Below are positions 48,801-60,322 of a DNA stretch of 64,000 nt, piece after piece. The stretch spans positions 10,850,001 to 10,914,000 of the forward strand of contig NC_079164.1 in NCBI RefSeq assembly GCF_947568905.1. Reading direction: 5' to 3'. Source of the DNA: Ostrea edulis (taxonomy: Eukaryota). The position numbers and the translations under genes are program-made. Within the stretch, counting starts at the first letter, position 1. Every line of letters begins with the position of its first letter. The notes beneath the pieces were generated by a model that searched no databases, had not been told where the DNA came from, and saw only the letters and a program-made list of their open reading frames with translations.

Positions 48801-51800
48801 TTAATTTATCTTTATCTTTGCAAGAAATGTACAAAAATAGGAAAATGGGCAGTTTAAATCACAATTGACCATTATTGACCAGTATTGACCACTTGGGGAG
48901 TATTGACTGGGACGGTTAAAACCACTGGTTAAAACAGGGCGGTTTTAACCGCCAAACCCTGAGTCTGATCCCATTAAAGAAATTTTTAACCCATGTGATT
49001 ATAATATTACAAAATGTTTGTATAACTATTTAGATAGAGGCTTTATGCAGAGAAAATAAGTTTATGGACTTTAAAGAACTGTATGAATATGTCTTACATG
49101 CTATAGTCATTGTGTCATATATTTTTATGCCCCCCTTTGAAAAAGAGGGGGCATATTGTTTTGCAACTGTCGGTCGATCGGTCGGTCTGTAGACCACATG
49201 TTGTCCGCTCAATATCTTGAGAACCTTTCACTTGATGATAATGATATTTCATATGTGGGTTGGTTATGAGTAGAAAATGACCCCTATTGTTTTTCATGTC
49301 AAAAGGTCAAGGGTCAATCTACTCTCGACAGGAATATAATGTCCACTCAATATCTTGAGAACCCTTTGCTTCAAAAACATCAAACTTAGCACACTGGTAC
49401 ATCCTAAGGAGTAGATGACTCCTATTGATTTTGAGGTCATATGGTCAAAGGTCAAGGGTCAAACTGGGCATAGGAATATACTGACCATTCAATTTCTAGA
49501 GAACCCTTTGCTTGACAGACATCAAACTTGGTACACCAGAACATCTTCAGGAGAAGATGACCCCTATTGATTTTGAGGTCACATGGTCAAAGGTCAAGGG
49601 TCAAACAGGACATTAGAATATACTGTCCACTCAATATCTTGAGAACCCTTTGCTTGACAGACATCAAACTTGGTATACTGGTACATCTTCAGGAGAAGAT
49701 GACCCCTATTGATTTTGAGGTCACATGGTCAAACGTCAAGGGACTTAATAATATAATATGGACTTAATAATATAATGTCCGTTCAATATCTTGAGAACCC
49801 TTTGCTTGACAGACATCAAACTTAGTACACTGGTATATCTTCAGGAGAAGATGACTCCTATTGATTTTGAGGTCACATGATCAAAGGTCAAGGGTCAAAC
49901 TAGACATGGAAATATACTGTCCGCTCAATATCTTGAGAACCCTTTGCTTGACAGACATCAGACTTGGTACACTGGTACGTCTTCAGGAGAAGATGACCCC
50001 TATTGATTTTGAGGTCAAAGGTCAAGGGTAAAACTGGACATAGGAATATACTGTCTGCTCAATATCTTGAGAACCCTTTGCTTGACAGACATCAAACTTG
50101 GTACACTGGTACGTCTTCAGGAGAAGATGACCCCTATTGATTTTGAGGTCACATGGTCAAAGGTCAAGGGTCAAACAGGACATAGGAATATACTGTCCGT
50201 TCAATATCTTGAGAACCCTTTGCTTGACAGACATCAAACTTGGTACACTGGTACATCTTCAAGAGAAGATGATCCCTATTGATTTTGATGTCACATGTTT
50301 TAAGGTCAAGGGTCAACCTGGACATTGGAATATACTGTCCACTCAATATCTTGAGAACCCTTTGCTTGACAGACATCAAACTTAGTACAGTGGTGTATAT
50401 TCAGGAGGAGATGATTCCTATTGATTTTGAGGTCACATGGTCAAAGGTCAAACTGAACATAGTAATATACTGTCCACTCAATATCTTGATAACCCTTTTG
50501 CTTGACGGACATCAAACTTAGTACACTGGTACATCTTCAGGAGAAGATGACCCATATTGATTTTGAGGTCAAAAGTCAATTGTTGAACTGGACATAGTCA
50601 TATATTGTCTCCTATATTTTAAGAATTATTTGCTTGATTGACACCAAACTTGGTACACTGGTACAGCATAAGGAGTAGATGACCCCTATTGATATTTAGG
50701 TCACATGGTCAATTCACTCTTGACATAGGAAGATATTGTCTGCTCAGTATTTTGAATTGATGATACATATGTACTACTATCAATTAAATGATGTGTGTGT
50801 ATAACCCTTTTCAATTTTGCACCATGGGGGGCATATGTGTTTTACAAACATCTCTTGTTTTCTCTTCTTTTCCTTTTGTTATCTGTCATTTGTTTTGTTA
50901 TTTTGACTGCATGCCAACATGATGATGTCAATAGATAAATAGAAATTGTTTAACTCCAGCAGCTTGTCTACTGTATGTCGCATTCTAGTGATGCAACTTA
51001 GTGATTCATCTTACATTCTAGTGATGCAACTTAGTGATTCATCTTACATTCTAATGATGCAACTTAGTGATACATCTTACATTCTAATGATGCAACTTAG
51101 TGATACATCTTACATTCTAGTGATGCAACTTAGTGATACATCTTACATTCTAAAATGATATGTTACCAGTGTATGATAATCTCCAGTCTACTGGAGCTCT
51201 GTACAGGCGAATCTGTTTAAAGAATCAGACCTGATGAGAAAGATTGATTTATAATTAATTATAATTACAGGTGGCTGAAAGACAGGGAGAATATGTAGCA
51301 AATCTTCTGTGCGGAAAAGCAGATAAGGAGTTCACTTTTCAAAGCAAGGGGATGTTAGCATACGTAGGGCATTACCAAGGTGTTTCCGATATTCCAAACA
51401 TGAAAATGCAGGGTAAGACTCCATGTTATGAGAATTGGTTCCCATAGCAACATAATCGCTTTAATGAGAAGATTGTTATTGATAAAAGTGAGTTAAAAAA
51501 TGGTAGTTATTTCTATGGGCTAGTAGGTCTTTGGCAGGGCTTAAAATTTTTACAAGCAGTCAGCCCTGCATTACAAGTTAATTTTAGAGCAAGTTTCAAA
51601 CACTGAATTGTAGGATAATGACCGTTCAGCCCAGTCATGAATTGGTGCTATCATTGTTGCTCTAAAACATATTTTATAAAGTTTACACCTGATAAATTAA
51701 AATTCGTGAGAAAGTTTGCTGTTTTCAATGCATGTTTCTTGGGTCACATTGGTCTCTTATTTCATGGTTAAGCATCATTTCATGTATGTAGTTCAATAAC

Positions 51801-52234
51801 ATATTAAACATTATTGGGTCATCTCAGTATACTCATGGGCTTATTATTTCATCTCAGTATACTCATAGGCTTATTATTTCATCTCAGTATACTCATGGGC
51901 TTATTATTTCATCTCAGTATACTCATGGGCTTATTATTTCATCTCAGTATACTCATGGGCTTATTATTTCATGCTTGGGCATTTTTTCATGTTCTTAGCT
52001 TGGATTATCTAACATGTTAGACTTTACTTTCTGCTTTAATAATGTTTAACCCATTACTTCCTGGTTTCTTTCATAAGGATAATTTTTTTTAATTATGTTT
52101 TAGGGATTACTTCCTGGTTCCTGTGGAGGTCGGCCTATCTGACAAAGCTGGGAAGCTGGCGACTGAGAATGCAGGTTCCCATGGATTGGACCAAAGCAAT
52201 CCTGTTCGGCAGGGATATCTCCAGATTTGATTGA
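42801..52234 (+). CDS. Type II (alternative, rotenone-insensitive) NADH:quinone oxidoreductase NDH-2, mitochondrial; 8 coding exons, ~433 aa
   Basis: Exons 42801-43033, 44538-44763, 45295-45465, 45723-45882, 46318-46448, 46702-46809, 51271-51412, 52104-52234, phase-consistent. Basic presequence; [11 protein letters not shown] and [12 protein letters not shown] (FAD); [17 protein letters not shown] (NADH); VVWSTG; YALGDCA...PCIAQVAERQG; membrane-anchor WRSAYL...[15 protein letters not shown]. No EF-hand insert. Confidence 0.93.
43506..44332. mobile_element. CAGGG-terminated MITE with 5-bp TSD (hAT5-like) in NDH-2 intron 1
   Basis: CAGGGTTCGAAATTAAC / GTTAATTTCGAACCCTG. TATTG flanks both sides (43501-43505, 44333-44337). 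Confidence 0.8.
46030..46135 (+). mobile_element. Fragment of a dispersed SINE-like repeat
   Basis: GGGGCCTCAGTTTTTGTGGTCTCATCCAAAGGACC...CTGAGGACCTATTCT. A related fragment lies at ~44955. The family assignment is from recall only. Confidence 0.4.
46789..47930 (+). repeat. ~30-35-bp degenerate minisatellite derived from the NDH-2 exon 6 / intron 6 junction (>20 copies)
   Basis: Consensus CTCACTTCCYTGTATAGCACAG|GTAGAAAAAAA. The first copy is the real exon end (46789-46809) and donor. Confidence 0.9.
47498..47840 (+). mobile_element. Full-length tRNA-derived SINE inserted in the minisatellite
   Basis: A-box-like GTGGTCTAGAGG, B-box-like GGTTAGAATCC, and a (CAAT)n tail. Flanked by degenerate CTCTGTATAGCA / CCCAGTATAGCA, a possible TSD. 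Confidence 0.85.
48127..48961. mobile_element. Non-autonomous DNA element with CAGGGTT...AACCCTG termini
   Basis: CAGGGTTGGC / GCCAAACCCTG, with subterminal GGTCAATACTGG / CCAGTATTGACC repeats. No TSD found. Confidence 0.6.
49122..50860 (+). mobile_element. Non-autonomous Helentron-associated element with ~141-146-bp internal tandem array (~10 copies)
   Basis: 5' TTTTTATGCCCCCC and 3' GGGGGGCATA subterminal IRs, GTCG microsatellite, 3' hairpin GTGTTTTACAAACAT then CTCTTGTT. The unit contains CTTGAGAACCCTTTGCTTGACAGACATCAAACTTGG. Confidence 0.85.
50985..51150. repeat. 33-bp minisatellite (5 copies)
   Basis: Unit TCTAGTGATGCAACTTAGTGATTCATCTTACAT. Confidence 0.9.
51820..51972. repeat. 30-bp minisatellite (5 copies)
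   Basis: Unit TCATCTCAGTATACTCATGGGCTTATTATT. Confidence 0.9.
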
Positions 52235-52279
52235 GAGACTTTTTCTCTTGATAATAGGAAAACTGTTCTGTTGGAGCCC

Positions 52280-52645
52280 ATAACAATTGTATACCTGTAG
52301 TTCATCACATTGCAGCCCCTAACAATTGTATACTGTAGTTCATCACATTGCAGCCCCTAACAATTGTATATATATAGTTCATCACATTGCAGCCCCTAAC
52401 AATTGTATACTGTAGTTCATCACATTGCAGCCCCTAACAATTGTATACTGTAGTTCATCACATTGCAGCCCCTAACAATTGTATACTGTAGTTCATCTCA
52501 TTGCAGCCCCTAACAATTGTATATATATAGTTCATCACATTGCAGCCCCTAACAATTGTATACTGTAGTTCATCACATTGCAGCCTGGACAATTGTATAC
52601 CTGTAGTTCATCACATCGCAGCCCCTAACAATTGTATATATATAG
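52280..52645. repeat. ~38-40-bp minisatellite (~9 copies) in the presumed NDH-2 3' UTR
   Basis: Unit AACAATTGTATACTGTAGTTCATCACATTGCAGCCCCT, starting ~45 nt after the stop. Confidence 0.9.
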
Positions 52646-53664
52646 TTCATGATGTACTATTTCTTAACATGATGTTAAGAACAGAATTATTTTGTGATAG
52701 TAGATTGTTATTACAGATTTTATTGCTGCTAAAGCTAATATCTTTGGTGACTGTTTTTCACTTGCAATCATTCTTATTCTTGCATTTGGCAAATAGTTTA
52801 TTAGATCCTCGTATTATCGTACTTAATTCAGTGATGTGATTACAAAAAACTCCCAAAATCTCCTTATGAATTTGTATGAAATGGAAGTTTTGTACATTTC
52901 TGATTGATCTGTGTTCTGGAGATGCTGGGTGATTTTTTTTTTGTGTGTGTGTGTATCTATTGCCTTTAAATGTCTGAATTTGATATGACTGTACGGTAAC
53001 CATATATTTAATGTTGTCTTTTCTCCTGATTTCACAGTCATGTCATCTTTATACAATCAGTAATGTCTTATGTTGATGGAGTCCTCAATAGACATAGCTG
53101 TTGATTACAAAGTTTCCTCTTTGAGAAATTGGTGACCGTCCATATTGCTTTCAAGAGTATGTTGATGTAATTTAAATATAATTATCTTAGTTCAGTCCCA
53201 GTAAGGAATACATTTATGTCTGTTGATGATTTGTTGTTACATTAGTTAGTATTCATTATTATGCTATATATGAGGCAACATGTATCCACACACTTTCAAA
53301 TTTATATACAATATACCTATATTTCATGGAAGATGATGCTAATTTATATTTTCAGAACATGATTTTCTTATTTACACTACACATAATTCATGAAAATTTC
53401 AATAAATGCAATTGTCATAAATATTCATTGAGAGTTTTTTTTTCTTCTTCCAAATAACAGAAGTCAGTCCAAAACTTTGTGGAAAGGTATTATGTTGGGT
53501 TATAAAGTGGGAGTGTTTTCTTTCATAATATTGACTGTACATAACCAACTTAAATGTGAGTCAGAAAGGGAGCGTTTTCTCATCTGCTCATAAGATAGGG
53601 AAAAAATCTCTTATACATGTAATCAAGACTAATATGCAAACATTATATCCAAGTTTTAAACGTT

Positions 53665-53778
53665 CATGACTCTGATCAGTGACGTGCATGACTGAGCAGT
53701 GACGTGCATGACTCTGAGCAGTGATGTGCATGACTCTGAGCAGTGACGTGCATGACTGAGCAGTGACGTGCATGACTC
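53665..53778. repeat. 20-22-bp minisatellite (~5 copies)
   Basis: Unit TGAC(TC)TGAGCAGTGACGTGCA. Confidence 0.8.
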
Positions 53779-55350
53779 CAAACAGTGGTAGAAGAATTAT
53801 TGCGCACATTAATTGGTGATAAGCATTCACTATTCTGCTTGGTCTTGTGGCAATGTTCATTTGTTTAATAATCTTTCTCCACTTTATACATAGTAATATA
53901 AAAATATTTATTCCTGTACATGTTGTATATGCAGTATTCTGTATTTTCCAACCTCCTCTCTGTAATGGAGAATAAAGCATTGATTGATTGCTAAATTGAT
54001 GAGCGCAATGATTGAAGTAATGCTCTTTTTCATTGAATAATGACATTTAATTAATTCAATTGGATGATGGAGATAAGTATTGCATATTAGATGCGTTTCA
54101 AGTTATGTAAAACCGCTCATTACCAACCTTGATGTTTCGTGAAGATTCCGTGTATCACGCACAAGCCTTGTGTTACTTTTTGCCAGCAGTGATATAAAAT
54201 GCATGCTTTATTGGACAACATGGCTCATACATGTATATTATTATATATATTTTTCTTTTACTCCTATGGTAATTATTGTCGATACTACGGATCCATCACG
54301 AATTATTTTTCGATTAAAACCATGCATAATGTAACAGAATCCTTTACCAATCTCGATGGGATGTTGTGTTGGGACTCCCTCCCCTCTGGATCCTCGCGTG
54401 TATACCAAAACCTCATCTTCACAAACTCGAAAGAATAAATTAAACAGAATGCAGCACTTTATATTACCATCTTTGTAAATGAACGATTATTTGATTTTGA
54501 AAATAAATGATGAAAACGAAAATCAAATCAGTGAAATTAATACAATTTGCTGTATGGAATATAATTTATTCCCATGTTTTCATAATTTAAAGTCCAAAAG
54601 AGTGAGGACTATTTGATATAGAAATAATATCTTTATCATTTCAACTTTTGAACATCATAGAAAATTTACGAGACCCCCCCCCCTTTTTTTTTACTACAGG
54701 AATTCCATACTTGTACAACATAACTAATCCAAATAATATAAATCAACTCATGCATCTAGGGTTTTCCCTTGTTTATATATATATATATATATATTTTTTT
54801 TTTTTTGTATCAAGTGTCCATAACGGGACACTCCCTGCCGTCCGAACCCGTCATGATTTGATCATCCCTTGGAAAACGCGTAAATTTGTTTTGATTTGAA
54901 TATATTTTGGACTAACCAATATGTTTATTATTTCATATATGCGTCGTTAATTTGTACTCTAACAAAAAAAAAAAACGTCAATCATTTACTGCCGGAGGGC
55001 AATCCCACTGTATAACAAGAGTACAACAAAATTAAATTTTTTAATATAGAGCTGTCATTGCTTTAAAAGAGACAACATATCTTCATTACGCTACGAATCA
55101 GTTCACCAGGTACTCAATAAGATAATCATCTATTTTTCTCAAAGATGAATATTTAAGGTATCAATGTACAATGTATAACGACCATATTTTATATCTAATA
55201 AACGGATGGTGGGATTTTTGTAATCATGGTATTATTTTGAAAGGTTCATCAAATAGAAATAATCCACCATAGGAATGTTTCAGGACTTTGATTACAGCTT
55301 AATTTATTTCAATTATAGAATTTTACGATGGAGTCTATGGGAGGAGCATG

Positions 55351-55405
<55 letters not shown>

Positions 55406-55824
55406 TCAAAAGAAATTGTATTGTCATACAAATCTCTTGGCATAAAGTTACATATACTTTCTCTTTATGAAGGCATAAAATAAAAGTAATAATTTACCGC
55501 ACACATTTTTAGAAAATTAGATTTTTCTTATTTTACGAAGGGCAGATAACTTTTCCAAAAAGTTCCAAGTGCAAAAAGGTCGTGAATTTCATCTATTTAT
55601 CATTTCACTTTCATCATTACTTAGCACTAGACATTTATCATTCAAAGGTGTTCATTACTCTTTCGTTATACATTGAATACCTTAAATAATGATAAAGAAT
55701 TCTAAGGTAAGAAAATCATATTTTGGTACCAAAAAAAACATCCTTACATCGAAAACTCGAAAGTATTTTATTATATCATTAATCAGTTTTTATATCAAAC
55801 GACGAAAATAAATAATTGATTCCA

Positions 55825-56440
55825 AACAAGAGGCCCATGGGCCACAACGCTCACTTCAATCACCTTGGGCCTGCTGCTCATCATTAGAATGCTTGCATAT
55901 TAATGACTAATCGATATCATTGCCAGTGGTTGTTTATAAGAACATTTTCAAAGATTGCTTATTTTCCAATGCCAAAGTTTGATCACCTAGCGAAGCTTCA
56001 CCTTGACTCGTATTGGGTCCCATCCTACTTCCACAGTCATGATTTAAACAAACATGAATCTGCGTTACCGAGGGATGCTTGCATATTAATATGAGTAAGT
56101 ATAGCCCTGTTGTTCTCGAGAGGAAGATGTTTCTTTTAAATCTTTACATAAAACTTTGATCCCGTATTGTGCATGTGGGCCTCGCCCCATCCCGGGGCTA
56201 TGATTTGAACAAACCTAAATCTGCACTGCCTAACAATGTTAGCAAATTGATAACTAATCATGGCCCTGCTATTTTAAAGAAATCTTTTTTTAAACAGATT
56301 TTGTCCTATATATTCTATGTAAAATTTTGATCCCCTATTGCTACCCCGCCCTACCACCAGGAGCTAAGATTTGCACAACCTTGAATCTGCACTGCATAAG
56401 GATGCTCGCATGTTGATATGACTTATCATGGCCTTGATAG
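55825..56440 (-). mobile_element. Helitron-N-type fragment with degenerate Cg170-like units
   Basis: AACAAGAGGCCCATGGGCCACAACGCTCAC end. Units with TTTGATCCCCTATTG and GAATCTGCACT as at 14710-15772. Confidence 0.75.
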
Positions 56441-57208
56441 TCAAAACCATTTTCTTGAAATCAAATATTAATTCCTTATCAAAAGCGCATTATTTTTTCT
56501 AAAAACGTTTTCCAATTTCAGAAAATAACTTGATTTATACAGAAGATGAAGGAGAAATACGACATCGTCATAATGGCTGACACATGTTTTTGAATATGAA
56601 TGATAAAACTATCGAATATGAATAACAACTTTTCGAATATGAATGATATGCTTTAGAATATAAATTACAAGTTTTCGAATATGAATAACAAGATTAGTAT
56701 AATAGTGCAACGTTTTACACGCCATATCTGACTTCTTTTAAAACATGAATGAAAATATAATTAGTATTAGCAATATTTGTATATTTCTTTTAAATTTGAT
56801 TACCTAGCAGGGTAACTTAGTCGGTTAATGACTGCTGATTTGTAGATCGCGGATTCGAGTCCAGCAGGGTTTTTCATTTTTTTTTGTGGTCAGATTACTT
56901 CCTACTAAAACCTTATTTTTTTATTTAATAAAGTAAATTTGAAACTTTTCATTTTCAAAATATTGTGCATATCTTCCAATGTTCATCCATATTAAATTTC
57001 TCTGGGATGTCATTCCTCCTTAAGAAAATGACGCATATTCATTTATGCAGGTAATTAAATTAACATGAAATAAATGTTGTGTAAAATCATGTAGAAATGT
57101 ATGTCAGAGTACTTTAAATAATCAACAAAGATAGCAAACAGGATATGAAAGTTATGTACAGGTGAACATACAAATTATCATTCGACTTGTCGAGCTAGAA
57201 GAGGGATA

Positions 57209-57979
57209 ATGAATGTTAGGGCCTGTGCTTTGCTTTTACTACTGGCGATTCTGGAGCTGAAACAGGTAAAGTGTGTTACATATAATTGGCGGCTCTTTTA
57301 AAGGAGAGAGAGAGAAAGACAGAGACAGAGAGGGGGAGAGAGATAACAACTTAATTTATTTAATGATCTCTTTAATTGAATGGCTGCTCTCTTTACAAGA
57401 ATATTGATGCCGCATTCATTCCTCATACAAAAGCGTTGTAATTAAATTAAACTGAATTAAAGAGATCCTCAAACAATCTCTACCCGTCGTCGGATACCCA
57501 CGGGTGACCTCGTTTTTTACTCAGACGAGATCACCCGTGGGTATCCGACGATGTTTATACCGAGCTCTAAATACCAAGCAATAATTCCATCACATCGATG
57601 CGCACATTAATTGAATTGGTGAGAGCAATAATTGAATTGATGCGCACACAAAATCAATTATTGCTCTCATCAATTTAATTAATTCGCGCATCAAATGAAT
57701 TGTTGCTCTTGTCACATGAATCAATGCGCGTATCAAATTAATTATTGCTTTCATCAATTGAATTGATGCGATCGAAGAGCGCACAATAATTGAATTGATA
57801 ACATCTTCAAATAATTAAAGATGTCTTCAATTATTTGAGTTTATGGTACTTTGGCGCTTCATTAAAAATCGGCACTTACATTTCCATACACGTGACCACA
57901 TAATGTGAAAGGGTTGGAATCTTCTGCGGACATTCCTGTCCCTATTGATATTCTCCGTTTGTATTTCTCTCCCAGACAT

Positions 57980-58044
<65 letters not shown>

Positions 58045-59453
58045 TTACGCCAAATATATTGAAATTCAGAGGACCGACCTGAATTGTTCATAATATCCAA
58101 AGGTCAATATAACCGAATTTGAACTACAAAAAAGGAAGAAAAACAAGAATTTGAACTACATAAAGATGTTACTGGGGATTTATTTTTACTTTGATATAAC
58201 AGGTTGTTCAATATAACTACTTCGGTATAAGTGGACTAGACTTCACATTAGAATTCATGATTTTTTAAAAACATAATTAACCTATTTTCTGTCTCATAGT
58301 GCTCCGGCATATGCTGTAACAATGATGGCGATTGTCCGGCATACCACTGTTGTGAGTCCCAAAGGAGAGGAAGACGATCAGTAGGGTGCTCTGTCAGCAG
58401 TGGAATATGTACACCCTTCGGTGCTCAGCAGCAACGTAAGTCTACATCCCAATATCCACCAGTTTACATCCACAATTCTACATCAATCATCCACACTTCT
58501 ACATCCAACATCCACAATCCTACATTCATCATCCACAATTCTACACCCATCGTCCACACTTCTACATCCACCATTCATAATTCTACATCCATCATCCACA
58601 ATTATACATACACCATCCAAAATTCTACATCCAACATCCACAATTCTACATCCTTCATCCACAATTCTACATCCAACATCCACAAGTCTACATCCTACAT
58701 CCGCAAGTCAACATCCATCATCCACAATCCTACATCCCTCATCCACAATTCTACATCCTCCACCTATTAAGTCAAAACACAGGCACTTGTTTCTGTAAAT
58801 GACTTATGACCTCTGTATACTAATAACAACATTGTTGTTATTAGTATACAGAGGTCATAAGTCATTTACAGAAACAAGTGCCTGTGAGTCAAAACCCAAT
58901 ATCTTCATCCATCATTTACATTAAACAAATACACAGCCAATTGACAATTTAGACTTTAAACAGTGTCCCTGGGTCTGGTGAACCCACACAGCCTACAGAA
59001 AACTTGGTGAATCTACAGACTGGGTATTGTCATGGAAAACACACAAACATAACTACATATTTCTATCTGGTTCAACAGACCAAGCTCAACAGATTAAAGT
59101 AACCGCTTGACACCATTTCCTTAGGACAACGGGTTTAAAGTAACCGCTTGACACCATTTCCTTAGGACAACGGGTTTAAAGTAAACGCTTGACACCATTT
59201 CCTTAGGACAACGGGTTTAAAGTAAACGCTTGACACCATTTCCTTAGGACAACGGGTTTAAAGTACACACATGACATCATTTCTACAGGGCATATTGGGT
59301 TTTAAGTAATCGCTGGATACCGTTTTTACAGGTTGCCATGTTGGACACAGATTCACGTGTCCCTGTCTCCCAGGATTAACTTGTGTGGGTACAGGAGTTA
59401 CCGAGATTCCACAGGGAGAGATTGGAGTTTGTCAAAGGTCAAGATACGGATAA
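57209..59453 (+). CDS. Secreted Cys-rich prokineticin/astakine (colipase-fold)-like peptide precursor, 104 aa
   Basis: Exons 57209-57265, 58300-58435, 59332-59453, phase-consistent. Sequence MNVRACALLLLLAILELKQCSG-ICCNNDGDCPAYHCCESQRRGRRSVGCSVSSGICTPFGAQQQRCHVGHRFTCPCLPGLTCVGTGVTEIPQGEIGVCQRSRYG*. Signal peptide; C-x5-C-x4-CC...C-x9-C...CPC-x5-C...C spacing. Confidence 0.82.
57487..57551. repeat. Hairpin with 21-bp perfect arms inside an AT-rich repeat (~57360-57860)
   Basis: TCGTCGGATACCCACGGGTGA ... TCACCCGTGGGTATCCGACGA, with an inner CTCGT/ACGAG stem. Confidence 0.75.
58440..58765. repeat. 21-bp minisatellite (~15 copies) starting right after the exon-2 donor of the peptide gene
   Basis: Unit ~TCCACAATTCTACATCCATCA. 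Confidence 0.9.
58778..58886. mobile_element. Perfect 109-bp palindrome (54-bp arms) with 8-bp TSD
   Basis: CACAGGCAC...AACAACA-T-TGTTGTT...GTGCCTGTG. AGTCAAAA flanks both sides (58770-58777, 58887-58894). Confidence 0.85.
59096..59331 (+). repeat. 41-bp tandem repeat related to the peptide gene exon-3 acceptor
   Basis: Four near-identical units AAAGTAA(C/A)CGCTTGACACCATTTCCTTAG|GACAACGGGTTT and one intermediate unit, then the real acceptor AAGTAATCGCTGGATACCGTTTTTACAG|GTTGCC. Confidence 0.85.
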
Positions 59454-59910
59454 AATATCCCGGTAATTAATACAAAGGATGGAGTTTATTATAGTTAAAA
59501 TTTAATGCTGCCATACAAAATGTTTCAGACGTCGAAAAAATGTACATTAGACATACAGCAGGTGCCTTTATTTGTACATGTAACATTCAAATAATATTTC
59601 AAATGCTTTGGTTTGTTTTCACCAAGATTGAAAGCGATTCTTTAAATTTTTACTAATTTGTGTACTGTACATCTTGAAAATTTCATTTTCACATGGTTGA
59701 TGTCAATTTATCTGTAAGAATTTTCGAGCACAGCTGACATTGTTCTAATAAACAAGGAAACTGACACAATAAATTTTCACGTTTGTAATTTAAAAATGAT
59801 GTAAAATAAATCGGGATCTACAGTATTTAAAAAGATAGTAAAGCTCATTTTGGTGAAAACAATTCTACAGTACTTAAGCGATATTTAGATCCAGACATAC
59901 AGCACTTAAC

Positions 59911-60322
59911 CAGGGGCAGATCCAGGAATTGCGGTTACGGGGGCGCCATTTTATGAGACAGGGGGTCTGACCCCCAGTGGATCCAGGGCGAATCCCTGGT
60001 GGGGCCCCGGGGGCGAAGTCCCCGGATTTCACAAATTTTATAGGGCTTGAAATGTCTCCTATTTAAGTCATTTGTACTATTTCTATCATTTTTAATAAAG
60101 TGAAAATAGTAAAATAACGCAAATTCTAAGAGGTTTTTTTTTTGTTCGAAAAAATTAAGTTCTCCCAATAAAGTAATGCAAGAAATCAAAAGATTTTGTC
60201 AATCAATTCTCAGGGAGTGAAAAAAATTATTGCTTCTTTAATCTTGTAGTACATTTTTCTAAACAAGATTTATCTTAAATTTTAAGGGGGGGGGGGGGGG
60301 GCTGAAATCAAATCCGCCACTG
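59911..60322. mobile_element. MITE with CAG termini and 5-bp TSD (hAT5-like)
   Basis: CAGGGGCAGATCCAG ... AAATCCGCCACTG. TTAAC flanks both sides (59906-59910, 60323-60327). A related 5' end lies at ~19096. Confidence 0.75.

Noticed and set aside
49567-50521. Several similar 66-82-aa ORFs
   Set aside because: Translations of the ~144-bp internal repeats of a non-autonomous Helentron-type element.
53038-53155. Exon-like segment (CACAG acceptor, GTATGT donor) downstream of NDH-2
   Set aside because: No open frame or partner junction identified, so probably chance.
58400-58798. 132-aa His/Pro/Ser/Thr-rich ORF
   Set aside because: Read-through of the 21-bp intronic minisatellite.
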